Origin: the human T2T-CHM13v2.0 reference genome, Homo sapiens
DNA: 64,000 nucleotides
Reading direction: 5' to 3' (one strand)
Assembly (NCBI RefSeq): GCF_009914755.1
Contig: NC_060926.1
Shown: in pieces, positions 25,583 to 37,343 of the stretch
Numbering within the stretch: the stretch's first letter is position 1
Layout: the number at the start of each line of letters is the position of its first letter
Notes under the pieces: generated by a model
What the model saw: the letters and a program-made list of their open reading frames with translations, nothing else
Told to the model about the DNA's origin: nothing
Database searches by the model: none
Position numbers and translations under genes: made by a program

Positions 25583-26149
25583 GGCAGCTTGATGCCACCC
25601 AGGAGACACTGCAGACCTAGGTCAGTCTCCTCAACTCTGGGTCACTGGGCCAAGGAGACTTTTTCAACATAAAGGCCCCAAGCTCTTGGCATGTATGTCC
25701 TGGAATTATGAAGCATGGATTAAAGCGTGGGATCTCCCCATCCAGCCCCAAACCCTGACATCCAGGCACTATCACCACACCCAGCAGGGCTCCCAGGACC
25801 AGAGAGGCCTCCTGACCCTTTCTTCACACCCCTTAAAGACAGGTTCTGGAAGGTGCCTGACACAGCTGGGCTGGGACCAAAGTCTGTGGCTCAGTCACCT
25901 CTGCTGGCCCTTCTGTCATTGTAGGAGTCACAAGGGGCTCTATCCATATCCCCACCTCCTTGTCTCCCACAGATCAGCTTAAAGTATACTTTCTCTGGCC
26001 ATAATCCCTAAGCCCTAGAAGGGACTGAGCACAACTTCACTCATCACCTGGCCCAACTCAGGGAGGGTCAAGTCACCCCAGCACTCCAGCTATAGCTAAG
26101 GATGAGCTAGATGAAAGCTTTTGGAGAGCCTCTGGCTTCTTTTTCTAAG

Positions 26150-26860
26150 AGTAGGGTAAAGAAAGATGCTCCCTGCAGCATCTTCAGTGATCTAATTATC
26201 AGGAGGACACCACATTTTAAATTTCTCTCCATGGTGGCTTTTTTCCAAGGCAGTGCTAATAAAATCTCTAACCCACGTGGAGCCCCCCACTGCTCATCAA
26301 CTATTAGCTGCCCTCAGGCTGTACCAGTCTGTTTATATTATAAATAAAGGCTGAAATATGCAGCTTGCTCGGTGCAGGATCCTTGGGGGCCGTGGGGAGC
26401 GGAGCCAGCCCCCTCCACTGCCTGCCCACCCCAGGTTAGGGAGGGATAGCCCAGCAGAGGTTTTGCCTGAAGCCAGCTCCTTTGGACATTAACAAACCAC
26501 TACAAGAACCTGCGATCAGTCCCTGGAATCCTGCTTTAATTATTTAGGAGGAAGAGTGTTTTTGCTTCCCCCAAGCTCTGCAGCCCCCCAGAGCCCCCAG
26601 AATCATTGTTCAATGCTTATTACCGCCGCAGGCCCGGGCACAGTGTTGCAGAGACCTCATTTCAATATTTACCACTTAGATCACTTAAGGGCTGTCAGCT
26701 TTAATAACATTTTATCAATTGGATACTTATATTATTCACGGCTTCATAAAAATAACAAGACCTGCCTTAGCATTTCAATCATACCCGGACTAATTTCAGT
26801 GACTGCTCAGGGATTTCGTTTTTATTAACATTTAGATCCGCTGCAACTGATTCTCTTCCT
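26150..26860. promoter_or_regulatory. Candidate conserved enhancer region
   Basis: Non-repeat AT-rich core with many TAAT/ATTA, CATTGTT, CATAAAA, TGTCA and retained CpGs; function inferred. Confidence 0.4.
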
Positions 26861-27699
26861 GGACGCATAGCACATGAGGTGGCCACCAGCAGGCTGTGGG
26901 GGCGCGTGCGGAGCGATCTGCCCTGGGCATGTGGTCAGGGAAGGCACGGAGTTGACACGCCAAGAGGCCAGGCTGAGATCCCGCCCCATTTGTGTGACTG
27001 TTCATGGTGGGTGGCCTGGCTCAGGGCTCTGCTGGGGGAAAACTCCCCCCTCTAGCCTTTGACAATCCGTTCCCAGCCTGGCCTCCTTCCTCCCAGTCCT
27101 GGGGCTTGCAGCCACAGTGACTATCTCCTGGGCTCTGAAAAGCAGCGCTGTACTCCACAGGGCTCCGCCTGGAAGGCCTCCTACCTGTCTTCCACCTGCA
27201 GATCCCTACTCAGCCTTCTGGGCCCACCTCCAAGGTCACAGCCATGAAGCCCTCTCCTGCTGCCCAAGAGCCAGCAGCATGGTCGGGGCTCAGGGTATGT
27301 CTGTGGAGGGAATGGCACCCTCCTTGTCCTTCTGGTCACTTCCCGCCCAGATTCTGATGTCCCTTTCTCCCCCAGGCACCAGAGTTCTGGCCTTTCCTGA
27401 AGCCACCATCACACGCCACTCTCCTTTCTCCATCCCTTAGGGGCATGGCATCGGAGCCTACTAGTAACTGCGAGGCAACTCCAGGCCTTTTGTCCGCTGT
27501 CCATCTTGGCAACACCCCTTGGAGATGCTGTCCTTCTAGAGGAAACACCGCCTCGCCCAGCAGCTGCCACATGTTCAGGAGTGGCTTGCTCTCTCCTTTG
27601 CTGCTCCCGGGCCCCAGGGTCTTCTTCAGCACCCCGTGGCCCCAGGCATGCTGCTGCTGCAGCTTCCTGCCTCCCTGGCCTTGCCTGCTCCTTTGCTCT

Positions 27700-28233
27700 C
27701 CAGTCGTTCTCCTCACAAAGGCCAAGGTTCTTTTATGTCACTCTCCTCTGGGAAGCTTTCAAGCTTCTTCAATACATTTTTATTGCTCTCGGAACCAAAT
27801 CAAAAGTCCCCCTCTCCCAACCCCTTGCTCTGTGTGCCCCCACCCTCCGGCCTCACCATGCAGCCTTTCTCCCACTCACAGTTGGCTGGCCATCCTGGTC
27901 TTTCAGGTTCTCAGTCCACCAAGCCTGTTTCCCCCAGCACCTTTGCAATGACAGCCCTCCCAGGAAGCCCTTCCCACTGCTCCCCACATGGCTCACACTA
28001 GCCCCTGCTTCCATGTCACCTAAGAGAGACATTCCCCGATGCCCTCTCTAACGTGGGTTTCTCCCTCCAGCCCTGTCATTCTCTATCTTGGTCCCATTTG
28101 CTACCTCCATGGGATCGATCACCACTTGCAATTTTTAAACTTCTTTGTTGATTTGTTCTTCTCCACGAACTCAGAGACTGTAACTGGTGCATAGTAGTTG
28201 CTCAATAAAAATGAATTGACTGAACGAATGAAT
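27700..28233 (+). mobile_element. L2 LINE 3' fragment
   Basis: ATGTCACTCTCCT...CACCTTTGCA...CTGGTGCATAGTAGTTGCTCAATAAAAATGAATTGACTGAACGAATGAAT. Confidence 0.7.
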
Positions 28234-28431
28234 TTATCCACTTCCTTAATCCTTTTCCCTTATGAGAATTCTCCCCATCAGCATCTTTCCTTCTCACATC
28301 ATCTTGACTGTCTGTGCTGATAAAGGGAGTTTGACTCCTATGGGCCACTCGCGTCACTGGTAAATGTTCAGACTAGTGTCCACGGTCCACAGACAGGAGC
28401 ACAGTAGTTGAGGACAGCCTCCCTTGTCAGC

Positions 28432-28584
28432 TGTGCCTCAGTCTGTTCATCTGTAACTTGGGGTTAGTATTATAATATCTACTTCATAGGGTCATTATGA
28501 GGATTAAATGAGTTGATATATGTAAAGTGCTTAGAACAGTGCCTGGCACATAGTAAGTGCACGATAAATGCCAACTATTATTAT
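28432..28584 (+). mobile_element. MIR SINE
   Basis: TGTGCCTCAGT...CATCTGTAA...GAGGATTAAATGAG...TGTAAAGTGCTTAGAACAGTGCCTGGCACATAGTAAGTGC. Confidence 0.88.
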
Positions 28585-29263
28585 AGTAAGTTTAGAATGG
28601 CCATCCCCATTTCCTACAGAGAAAATTGCCCCCCAACACACACACATACACACACACTCCATTTATCACACCCTGTGGGTCGCAGGGAGGTGATTTAATG
28701 AAGCTGTGACTCCCTCACTTCCCTGCAGTTGCTGTGAATGGCCTTGGGGTGGGGATGGGGTGGAGGCTGGGTGAATGCTTCCCGCCGGCTCTCCAGGCAG
28801 ATCTTCACATTGAGGGGGACAGGCTTTCTTGCAAGAAGGTACTTCTCATTCCTGCCTACCATCCCAAGGTAGACTCCCTGAATCTCCATAGAAAAAGCTT
28901 ATTCTTTGCAATAGAGACTTAAGGAAAGTCAGTGTCCAGTAACTGCTCCCAGGAGAGGATTGCCACAGCTGCATGCCCCAGGGGGGCAACGAGTGCTGCT
29001 GGAGGGAAGTAGATGGGGAAGCCTGGGGCTGGCCAGATTCCAATGTCATTTTCTCCCCAGGCACCACTGCTGTCCTGGCTGGAGTCCTCTAAACAGAGGC
29101 AGATATTCCAGAGCTGCCAGGCTCCATTTGTGCCCCATAATCGGTACGGATTCTGTCAGTAAATTTGTCTATTGCTTGAAGCTTCTGTTTCTGTTAAAGA
29201 GATGTTAAATGCCTCCCAGGTGACTGGGCTGCAAGGTTTCCAGTCTCCCAGGGGCTGTGTGGG

Positions 29264-29296
29264 GTGTGTGTGTGTGTGTGTGTCTGTGTGTCTGTG
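29264..29296 (+). repeat. (TG)n microsatellite, imperfect
   Basis: Seen directly. Confidence 0.85.
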
Positions 29297-29644
29297 GTGG
29301 GGGAGCTATGTGAAGTAAGACCTATCCATTTTGACACCCTGAGTTGCCTGGGTTCTGTCCTCCCAAGTGTTCTAAATTGCAGGAGAAATTGCCCTGACAG
29401 AACCTCCTACTGACAGACAGTGTCTTTTGTTACAGACGGAGGTGTTGATCCTTCTCTAATCAACAGCTTAATTAGGTCTGCCAAGATGAAAGAGCCATTT
29501 TTACTTTGGGAACTAATATTTATAGACAACCTTCTTCCCAGCCCCTGCACTGGAGGTGTTAACAACTTGAGGGCTAAATCAAATAAAAATTATAAAACTC
29601 ATTACTTCACTCTACAAAAACCACTGGCAAACTCAGAACTCTGC

Positions 29645-29740
29645 AGACTGTAAGCTGCCCCATCAAGCAGCTTCATTCACTGCCATAGAGCCCAGCACAG
29701 ATTCTGGCACATGGTGGGCACTCAGGAAGCATTTGTTGAA
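29645..29740 (+). mobile_element. L2 3' end
   Basis: AGACTGTAAGCT...CTGGCACATGGTGGGCACTCAGGAAGCATTTGTTGAA. Confidence 0.6.
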
Positions 29741-29791
29741 TCTTGAAAGAGTGGAGAGTCAGTTTGGTGGCTTCCTTCTCTAGCAGAAAAC

Positions 29792-30020
29792 ACTATGGCA
29801 TTGTGGTTAAGAGCTTGGCTTGAGAATTAGACAGTCCTGGAATTAAATCCTGGCAGCCTCACCACTCAGCTGTATGACCTTGGGCAAGTTGTTAAACATC
29901 TCTAAGCCTCAGTTTCCATGGCTGCAAAATGGGACAATAATAATACCTATAATTAGGGCTGTTGCCCTTAAAGCCTGTATGTAGCACAGTCTTTGGCACA
30001 GAGAAGTTCCTTTAGTATTG
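29792..30020 (+). mobile_element. MIR SINE
   Basis: GTGGTTAAGAGCTTGGCTT...AGCTGTATGACCTTGGGCAAGTTG...CTCTAAGCCTCAGTTTCC...GCAAAATGGGACAATAATAATACCT. Confidence 0.85.
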
Positions 30021-30405
30021 GCTACTTGGAGCAGAGGTGGTAGCAGTAGGGGTAGAAGTGACAAGTAAACCTCAGAGCCTCTATTGCTATAGGAAGGTCT
30101 CTGGGTAGCTTTTAAGTTAACTTGTTTTATAGACTGCTCAGTCCTGTTAAGAATGTATTAGGCTTCCTTATTTGGGAAATGAAAATTAAAACCACAGTGA
30201 GATACTACTTCATACCCACCAGGCCAGCTATAATAAAGAAAACTGGAAAATAACAATGTTGGAGAGGATGTTGAAAAATTGGAACTCTCACACGTTGATG
30301 GTGGGTACAATCAATGATGCAGCCAGTGTGAAAAGTGATTGGGTGATTCCTTAAAAAATTCAGCATAGAATTACCATATATCCAGCAATTCCACTCTTAA
30401 GTATA

Positions 30406-30761
30406 TGTCTTAGTTTGTTCAGGATGCTATAACAAAAATACCTTAGAATGGGTAATTTATAAACAGTAGACATTTATTGCTCACAGTTCTAGAGGCTGGG
30501 AAGTCCAAGATTAAAGTACCAGCAGATTCAGTATCTGACGAGGTCCTGTTTCTCATAGATGGATCCTTCTATGTGTCCTCACATGGCAGAAGGAGCAAGG
30601 GAGCTCCCTCAAGCCTCTTTTATAAGGGCAATGATCCCATTCATGATTGTGGACCCCTCATAACCTAATCACTCCCTAAAAGCTCTACCTGTTAATACCG
30701 CCACAGTGGGGATCAGGTTTCAATACGATTTTTGAGGGACATAAACATTCAGATCACAGCA
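30406..30761 (-). mobile_element. MLT1A/MLT1A0 MaLR solo LTR
   Basis: TGTCTTAGTTTGTTCAGGATGCTATAAC...CTTTTATAAGGGCA...AAACATTCAGATCACAGCA; 5-bp TSD GTATA at 30401-30405 and 30762-30766. Confidence 0.9.
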
Positions 30762-31135
30762 GTATATGCTCCAAAGAATCAAAAATAGAGGCTCAAACAG
30801 ATTCTTGTTCACCCATGTTCATAGCAGCATTATCCACAATAATCAAAAAGTAAAAACAACCCAAATGTCTGTCAGTTGGTGAACAGAAAAACAAAATGAA
30901 GTATATTTACACAATGGAATATTATTCAGTCATGAAGAGGAATGCAATTCTAACACATGCTACAACATGGATGAACCTTAAAAACATTATACTAAGTAAA
31001 AGAGGCCAGACACAAAAGACCACTTGCTGTATGATTCCATTTATATGAAATGTCTGGAACAGGTCCAAAGAGACAGAAAGTAGATTAGTGGTTGCTATGG
31101 CAGCCCATTCCTCCTTAAGCTGGGGACACATAGGA

Positions 31136-31190
31136 GAATGGCCTTGGGACGGGGATAGGGTGGAGGTCAGGTGAATGCTTGCTCCTGGCT
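31136..31190 (+). repeat. Dispersed copy of 28736-28790
   Basis: 45/55 identity, ungapped, offset exactly 2400 bp. Confidence 0.8.
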
Positions 31191-31499
31191 TGCTTGATAA
31201 TGGGTATGGGGTTTCTTTTGAGGGTGATGGAAATGGAATTAGATAGTGGTGGTGGTTGCACAACATAGTTAATATACTAAAACCCACCAAATGTCATACC
31301 TTAAATTTTACATTATGTGAATTATACCTCAATTTTAAAAAAAGAAAAAAGAATGTGTTGGGCTCCCAGTGGTTGACACTCAGCACTCATTCCCATGGCA
31401 CCCATGTGCCCACCCCTGCAGGCGGCCTTCTTCATCAACTTGCTGTCTGGGACATGAACTAACAACTGTAGTCACAGCCCATACAGTATAAAACTTTCT

Positions 31500-31690
31500 C
31501 TAACACTTCACAATTTGCAAATTACCTTCCTATTTGATCCTTACAATAGCCATGAAGGCAGGTATTATTATCACTATTCTACAGATGTGGAAACTAAAAT
31601 CCACAAATATGAAGCAACTGGATGAAGATCACCCAGCTAACAAGTGAAAGAGTTGGAACTGGAACGCAAGCCTTCAAACCCCAAATCCCT
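31500..31690 (-). mobile_element. MIR SINE
   Basis: TTTGATCCTTACAATAGCCATGAAGGCAGGTATTATTATC...TACAGATGTGGAAACT...CACCCAGCTAACAAGTG. Confidence 0.75.
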
Positions 31691-32172
31691 ACTGATGATA
31701 CACAATTTGTTCAACGGTGCTTTCAAATCATCACAACAGTGAGCTACTTCTGAACACAGGCCTGAGTTATCTCTGATTTTAGCACTCAGCCTCATCTACA
31801 AAGGCAGCATTCCTGACCCTGTGAGTTGAGGGCCTCCAGAGCGCATGTCCCACAAGAAAGAGAAAAAGCTTCACATTCTGCACCTACTAAACAGGTCGCT
31901 CAATTCCTATTTCACCCAGGCAAGGAGTTGGCCTGCAGTACGAGTCAGTATTCAGCTGCCAGGTACCCCTCTGTATGTCCTGCTGATTTGGACAGTGACT
32001 ACACAACTCAAGTAAGGAGCAGTAAAGAAGTCCCAGTTTTCACTCATTTCTGTTGCCTTCCATAGTCTGCTGCATTTGGAAGAAGGCTTCTCATGAAGTT
32101 CAGAGTCTTTTACTATCAAGATGAATCAGGTGTTGGGGACATCTAACCATCTGAGTCAAGAAGAAAAAGCCA

Positions 32173-32472
<300 letters not shown>

Positions 32473-32484
32473 AGGAAAAGTCCA

Positions 32485-32800
32485 GATGCAAAGAAGCTGA
32501 GAAGAGTGAGGGGGGCTTTCCATTCCAGATGTTAGAGGAGTGAGAGAAAGGGAGGCAAAGGAGAACCAAGGAATAGAGTGGAGAATATGCAGTGTGCGAA
32601 GAGAACCATAAGGAGCCCAGCCTTCCTGGAACAAGAAGGGCAAAGATGAGGCTGCGAGAGCAGGTGGGAACCAGATTTCAAAGGCCACGGACAGCAGGCT
32701 AAGGAGGGAGGCCCTCTCTAGTAGGCAGTGGGAAGCCACTGGAACTTCTTGAGTAGGAAACGGATACGAGAGTTCATATTAGTCTCCAAGAGATAAGCTG
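32485..32800 (-). mobile_element. L2 fragment (donor of local duplication)
   Basis: AGATGAGGCTG...CAGGCTAAGGAG...GTAGGCAGTGGGAAGCCACTGGA is antisense L2. Confidence 0.6.
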
Positions 32801-33111
32801 TCGATGTGGAAAAGCCATTAAAAAGAAAAAACACCTGCTTATTTATGGGCCTTAGATGTAGTTTCTGCGGGTGCCCAAGAAAGACTTTAATGAGCAACCA
32901 AGTTGGTGTTTGGTTGCCTCATGAGGAATGGAACTAGGGAGATGTATATGGAAGTATATACCCAAATTTTTAACTATGAGATGTTGGGGAAAGGTCCTAA
33001 AATCCCAAGGCTCTCTTCTTCATTTGACTCCCCGGTACTTTGTTGAAATAGAAGCTGACCCCTTCAGAACTGGTCAGATTCAATGGATGCAAAGATAATG
33101 GCCTTGTCTTC

Positions 33112-33450
33112 TTAAGGCTGAAAATGACCTTGAAGTCATTGATGCCTCCACGTGAAGCCCACATTCTGAAGTAACATCCTTGCCAAATTGTTGTCCAGCC
33201 TTTGCCTGAATGCCTGGCAGTGACAGGGTTGTCACTGTCTATGGGGGTAACCTTCTCTATCTTTAGAAATGTCTGGCTTTTAGAAACTATTTCCTTAGAT
33301 AAAGTAAAAACCTGACTTCCTGTGACCTCCATTCATTGGCCTCATTCCACCTCTTGGGGCTGCTCAGAAACACATTTGCTCATTGTTGCACATGGTGGCT
33401 CTTCCATATTTTAAGCCTGCTGTTCATCCTCCATGCCTACTCGGTGAGTC
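33112..33450 (-). mobile_element. L3/CR1 LINE fragment
   Basis: GACCTTGAAGTCAT...TCCAGCCTTTGCCTGAATGCC...CAGTGACAGGG...TTAGAAACTATTTCCTTA...CTTCCTGTGACCTCCATTCATTGG. Confidence 0.6.
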
Positions 33451-34138
33451 TTCTCTTTGTATTTCTAATCTGACACTGATTTGAAGCTCTAAACTACCCT
33501 AGTCATTTTGGTCCTTTCTCTTTTCTAACAATTTACTTTTCAGAGAAGGAAAAGTTCATATTCTGCATTTCCTCTGAGATACTTCTGAACTTCCCCTCCA
33601 TGGGTTAGCACAGCATAGGAAAATTCAGTAAAGGGATGGTTTATCTCCTCCTCATCTCCCAAATGTTCCATCTGTCTGGATGACAGCAGGGATGGGGACC
33701 TGGAACTAGACACATCAGCTGGGATATAGCTGCTTCTGAGGGGATGTCAAGTGTAACAGCAGAATGTGACATGAGTTCGTTAATGGGCATGAATTAGCAG
33801 ATGTGACAGGGGTTAATGGGCATGAGCTAGTCTGACAATGAAGGTCTCAAGGAGGGTCTCCCCATAGATCCAAAGATCGGACATCCAGGAACAAGCAATT
33901 CCCCAAGAATCAAGGAGACAGTGGCACCAGGAAAGCTGCACAGCAAGTGGCCATGCCTCAGGCCCAGGGTCCTCTTCTTAAGGAAACTGGTATTCTGGGA
34001 AGGCCAACAGTAACAAGGATGCAGGCACAGAAAATTGAGCCCCAGATCTGGGTCTGGATGAGGGACTTTTCTTGGCCAGTTTGCATACCAGTTCTGATTA
34101 GTTGGCAGTGAGTCCTGGGGCCTAAGGCTGAACAAGAT

Positions 34139-34396
34139 TCTGGTTCTACCTGCTCTTGCAACCTCATCTCTGCCCTTTTTGCTCCTGGAAGACTGGGCTC
34201 CTCATGGTTTCCACCACACACTTTGTATATTCTCCACTCTATTCCTTGGCTCTCCTCTGCCTTCTTTTCTCCCACTCCTCATCTCAACATCTGGAATGGA
34301 AAGCCCTCCTCACTCTTCTTAGCTTCTTTACGTCTGGCCTTTTCTTCTTGACTCAACTGGTTGGATGCCCCCAACACTTGATTCACCTAAGACTCT
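34139..34396 (-). repeat. Inverted local duplicate of 32102-32675 (without the Alu)
   Basis: Reverse complement aligns at roughly 85% with 32102-32172 joined to 32485-32675. Confidence 0.92.
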
Positions 34397-34656
34397 AGGA
34401 ATCTAAGACAAGATTCTAAGACTGATTCCAGAAAAAGACTTTAATGATTGATTGCAAATGTCATCCCAGGCATAGGAGGGAAGAGTAATGGCTTAAATGG
34501 TTGACTATTTCCAAACCAGCAACAAGGTTTGCCTGTAGAACTGGGGCCAGGGTCAGAATGGGAAGAGAATCAAATGGTACCTGAAGTTATTGAGTCCTGA
34601 TGCGGGACCAGAGTTGCATCAATTCCTCCTGCCGGAGGACAGGACTCATCTGCATA

Positions 34657-34811
34657 GAAGTGTATACCAGAAATTTAAACTATGAGATGTTGGGGAAAGT
34701 GCCTAAAATCCCAATGCTCTCTTCTTCAACTCACCAGTACTTCATTGAAATAGAAGCTGACCTCCTTCAGAACTCGTCAGATTCAATGGATGCAAAGATA
34801 ATGGGCTTGTC
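34657..34811 (+). repeat. Direct local duplicate of 32951-33108
   Basis: Shared exact blocks AACTATGAGATGTTGGGGAAAG and GTCAGATTCAATGGATGCAAAGATAATGG. Confidence 0.92.
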
Positions 34812-35389
34812 CTTTTTTTCTTGGGATATACTTCTATATGGGGCAGATGGCAACATACTGAACTTGTAGGGGTTATGGGGGGAGAGACTGCCAAAGCTGG
34901 ACGATCAGGCAGAACTCAACAACCACAGTCTTCAGGCCAAAATGAGCTTCTGGCCATTTATAATTCCTCCAAATTGTAGTGATGCTTGACGTTCCTCAGT
35001 TTAAGTGGCAAATTTATGCAATCGGGAAGCATTCTGCAGAAGCAATTGTTGCAGTGAACAAAAAGAGAATTCCAGCTGTTTCAGGTCAATAAAACAAAAC
35101 AGAACAAAAAACTTACAAAAACCAGGGGACAGGGAAGGGAGATGAAATGAGGATGGAAATGGTAATAAAGAGATTCACTTCCATAATAAGTAACTGGCAA
35201 AATATTTGAAATGTATTTATGTATATTTAAAAGCTTCATACCACTACTTGGAAGGTTATCCTGCATGGGAAACCTGTGATAGAAACTGATCGCGTTTTCT
35301 CTGAATGACTTTATTGTAAAAAAAAATGTACATTCTTAATGAGGCAAGGGAAGGCGGGAGGATGGACCACAGCAAGAAGGAAGGCAGAG

Positions 35390-35900
35390 CATCCTGAGGA
35401 GTTTGGAGTAGGATTTTATGCAAATCTAATCAGTTAACAAATCAAATCACAATTATTTAACCCATTATCACTGGTCCAGAGTAATGCCAGGCATATTATT
35501 CTTATCAACCCCTCACCCTGTCAAGCCCAGGAAAAAATACGTGTGTTTACTTTTATTATTATGCATCCTGTGATGAGCGCCACAGTTGCTAAGTGCATGC
35601 AGCACCTTTAACTAAAGAAACTAATTGCAAGCCACTTTCAATATCTCTTGTTTTTTAATTTAATGTCCTCAGAGAGATATAATTGGGCTGGAGGGAAGAA
35701 TTTTCACTGAAGTCATGAATTTGCTATATAAATACAAACAAGAAAGAAAGCTAATACAGTAAGGGAATATGGGATTAATTTTGAAATTGTCTGATTAGTG
35801 GATTGCTGCCCATCAATAATTGCCTTATATTTTCCCAAGGCCCTCTCTTTATTGGAGTCTGGCACCGCATCTGCCCACAGTCTGTCAATCAGCCTGTGCA
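35390..35900. promoter_or_regulatory. Candidate enhancer region (POU, homeodomain, PBX-TALE motifs)
   Basis: ATGCAAAT at 35418-35425, many TAAT, GGATTA, CTGTCAATCA at 35882-35891; non-repeat. Confidence 0.4.
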
Positions 35901-36494
35901 GCTGGGAGGGTCTGGGGAGACCACAATTGGAAGCCTGCTGGGGCACCTTGTTAGACAAAGCAATATATCCCAGACGTGAAAACACTCCCATCTCAACTCA
36001 GCTGCTAACATCTTTACACTCAATCCTCCTGCCTTGGAGCAGGACCTCAATGTGACTAAGTCTGATTTTTAAAAAGGAAAAGAAAAAGTCACAACTGCCT
36101 GTTTACATGTATTTTACAGGCCTGGGCTCTACTGGAATTGGAGGTCAGAAACACCTTCCCCCTTGCAGTCGCTAAGTTGCCTAGTAACATCCTTGAGAAG
36201 AGCTCTGCAACAGCTGGAATTTTTAAAGCAACATCGGCGTCATGGGGGACACCTAAACACGCTTCAGACATTTAAAAATTAAGAAATATGATCAGAAGGG
36301 CTATGAGCAAGTGTGCAGATGGTGGGTTTCTAGCTTAATCAATGCCTAAGATCTGGAATGTTCCTTAAGCTCCAAGAACATTTCCCATCTATCCTCCCCA
36401 GGCCTGGTGCTCCCAGGTCCTTAAAGACATGATCACAGAGAAGATAGGAGGGTCTGTTGACTGAACTCACCATAAACATCTTTTCAAACCACAT

Positions 36495-36495
<1 letters not shown>

Positions 36496-36545
<50 letters not shown>
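36496..36545 (+). repeat. (CA)25 microsatellite
   Basis: Perfect CA run seen directly. Confidence 0.97.
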
Positions 36546-36547
<2 letters not shown>

Positions 36548-36860
36548 GCTGCAGCCCTGCTAATGATATGTTTATGCCATGCCCATTTCCAGAAATATTT
36601 ATTTCTCTCTACCTTGCCAGCAATCAGTCAAAATACACAAAAATGGATTTGCATGTAAAGATGCTTCATTTAGAAGACCAAAAATATGATAATAGAACAA
36701 AGATGGCCCAGAGCATGCTTTTTTGTTTTGTTTTCTTATCTTCTACTGTTTTCCTTTTCTGTTTGGTAAGCTGAGCATTTGTTTTAAATTGGGATTTTGT
36801 CCTTGTGAGGTAGGAAATAAAATGATCTGGAGCCAAGGTACCTAAACATGAGTTTATTAG

Positions 36861-37343
36861 TGTCAACCAAAAAGTGACTGAGGCAGATGTCAATTGATTT
36901 AGAGGCTGATTTGGCCAAGGTTGAGGATGCACCCAGGAAAGAGACACATGGGTCCCAGTAGGATCTGTGTCCTGCGCTTTTTCCAAAGAGGGTTTTGAGG
37001 ACTTTGATATTTAAAGAGGAGAGGGAGAAGGAAGTGGAGGAGGAAAGGAAAAAAAGGCGAGAGGGCAGGCAATGAGGCAAGTGGTCACATTCTTGTGAGG
37101 CTCTGATTGGCACTCAGTAAAGCTACATTTTACATGTGAGAAGAACGGAGTGGTGGGGAAGTCAAGCATGCATTCCTATCTTGCTCAGTAGATCTACATT
37201 CTACATGAGATAAAGTAAACATATAAAACTACAGCTGTTTGGGAACAGAAGGAAGGTAGCTTTTTGCATGACTCAGTTCCCAAGCTTAACTTTCCCTTTG
37301 ATATAGTGAGTTTGGGATCCTGAGATTTTATTTTCCTTTCACA
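36861..37343 (-). mobile_element. MER4-family ERV1 solo LTR
   Basis: Minus strand starts TGTGAAAGGAAAATAAAATCTCAGGATCCCAAACTCACTAT...AAGCTTGGGAACTGAGTCA; 4-bp TSD TTAG at 36857-36860 and 37344-37347. Confidence 0.88.

Larger units (their letters stand above)
30170..31350 (+). mobile_element. L1MB (L1MB7-like) ORF2 end and 3' UTR, split by an MLT1A LTR
   Basis: GGGAAATGAAAATTAAAACCACAGTGAGATAC...GCTACAACATGGATGAACCTT...AGACAGAAAGTAGATTAGTGGTTGC...TGTGAATTATACCTCAAT plus A-tail. Confidence 0.88.

Noticed and set aside
25283-25672. 129-aa ORF
   Set aside because: Antisense read-through of the THE1D-like LTR
26878-26897. CTCF-like TGGCCACCAGCAGGC (and similar at ~17393, ~17644)
   Set aside because: Mismatches in the core G-rich positions; cannot be supported without scoring or ChIP data
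27336-28051. Overlapping 121-181 aa ORFs in several frames
   Set aside because: Stop-poor C/T-rich L2-derived sequence; open in multiple frames with no coding signature
34121-34830. L1 twin-priming retrocopy as the origin of the inverted-plus-direct duplicate
   Set aside because: No poly(A) after the direct segment and no TSD enclosing the whole unit; DNA template switching fits better
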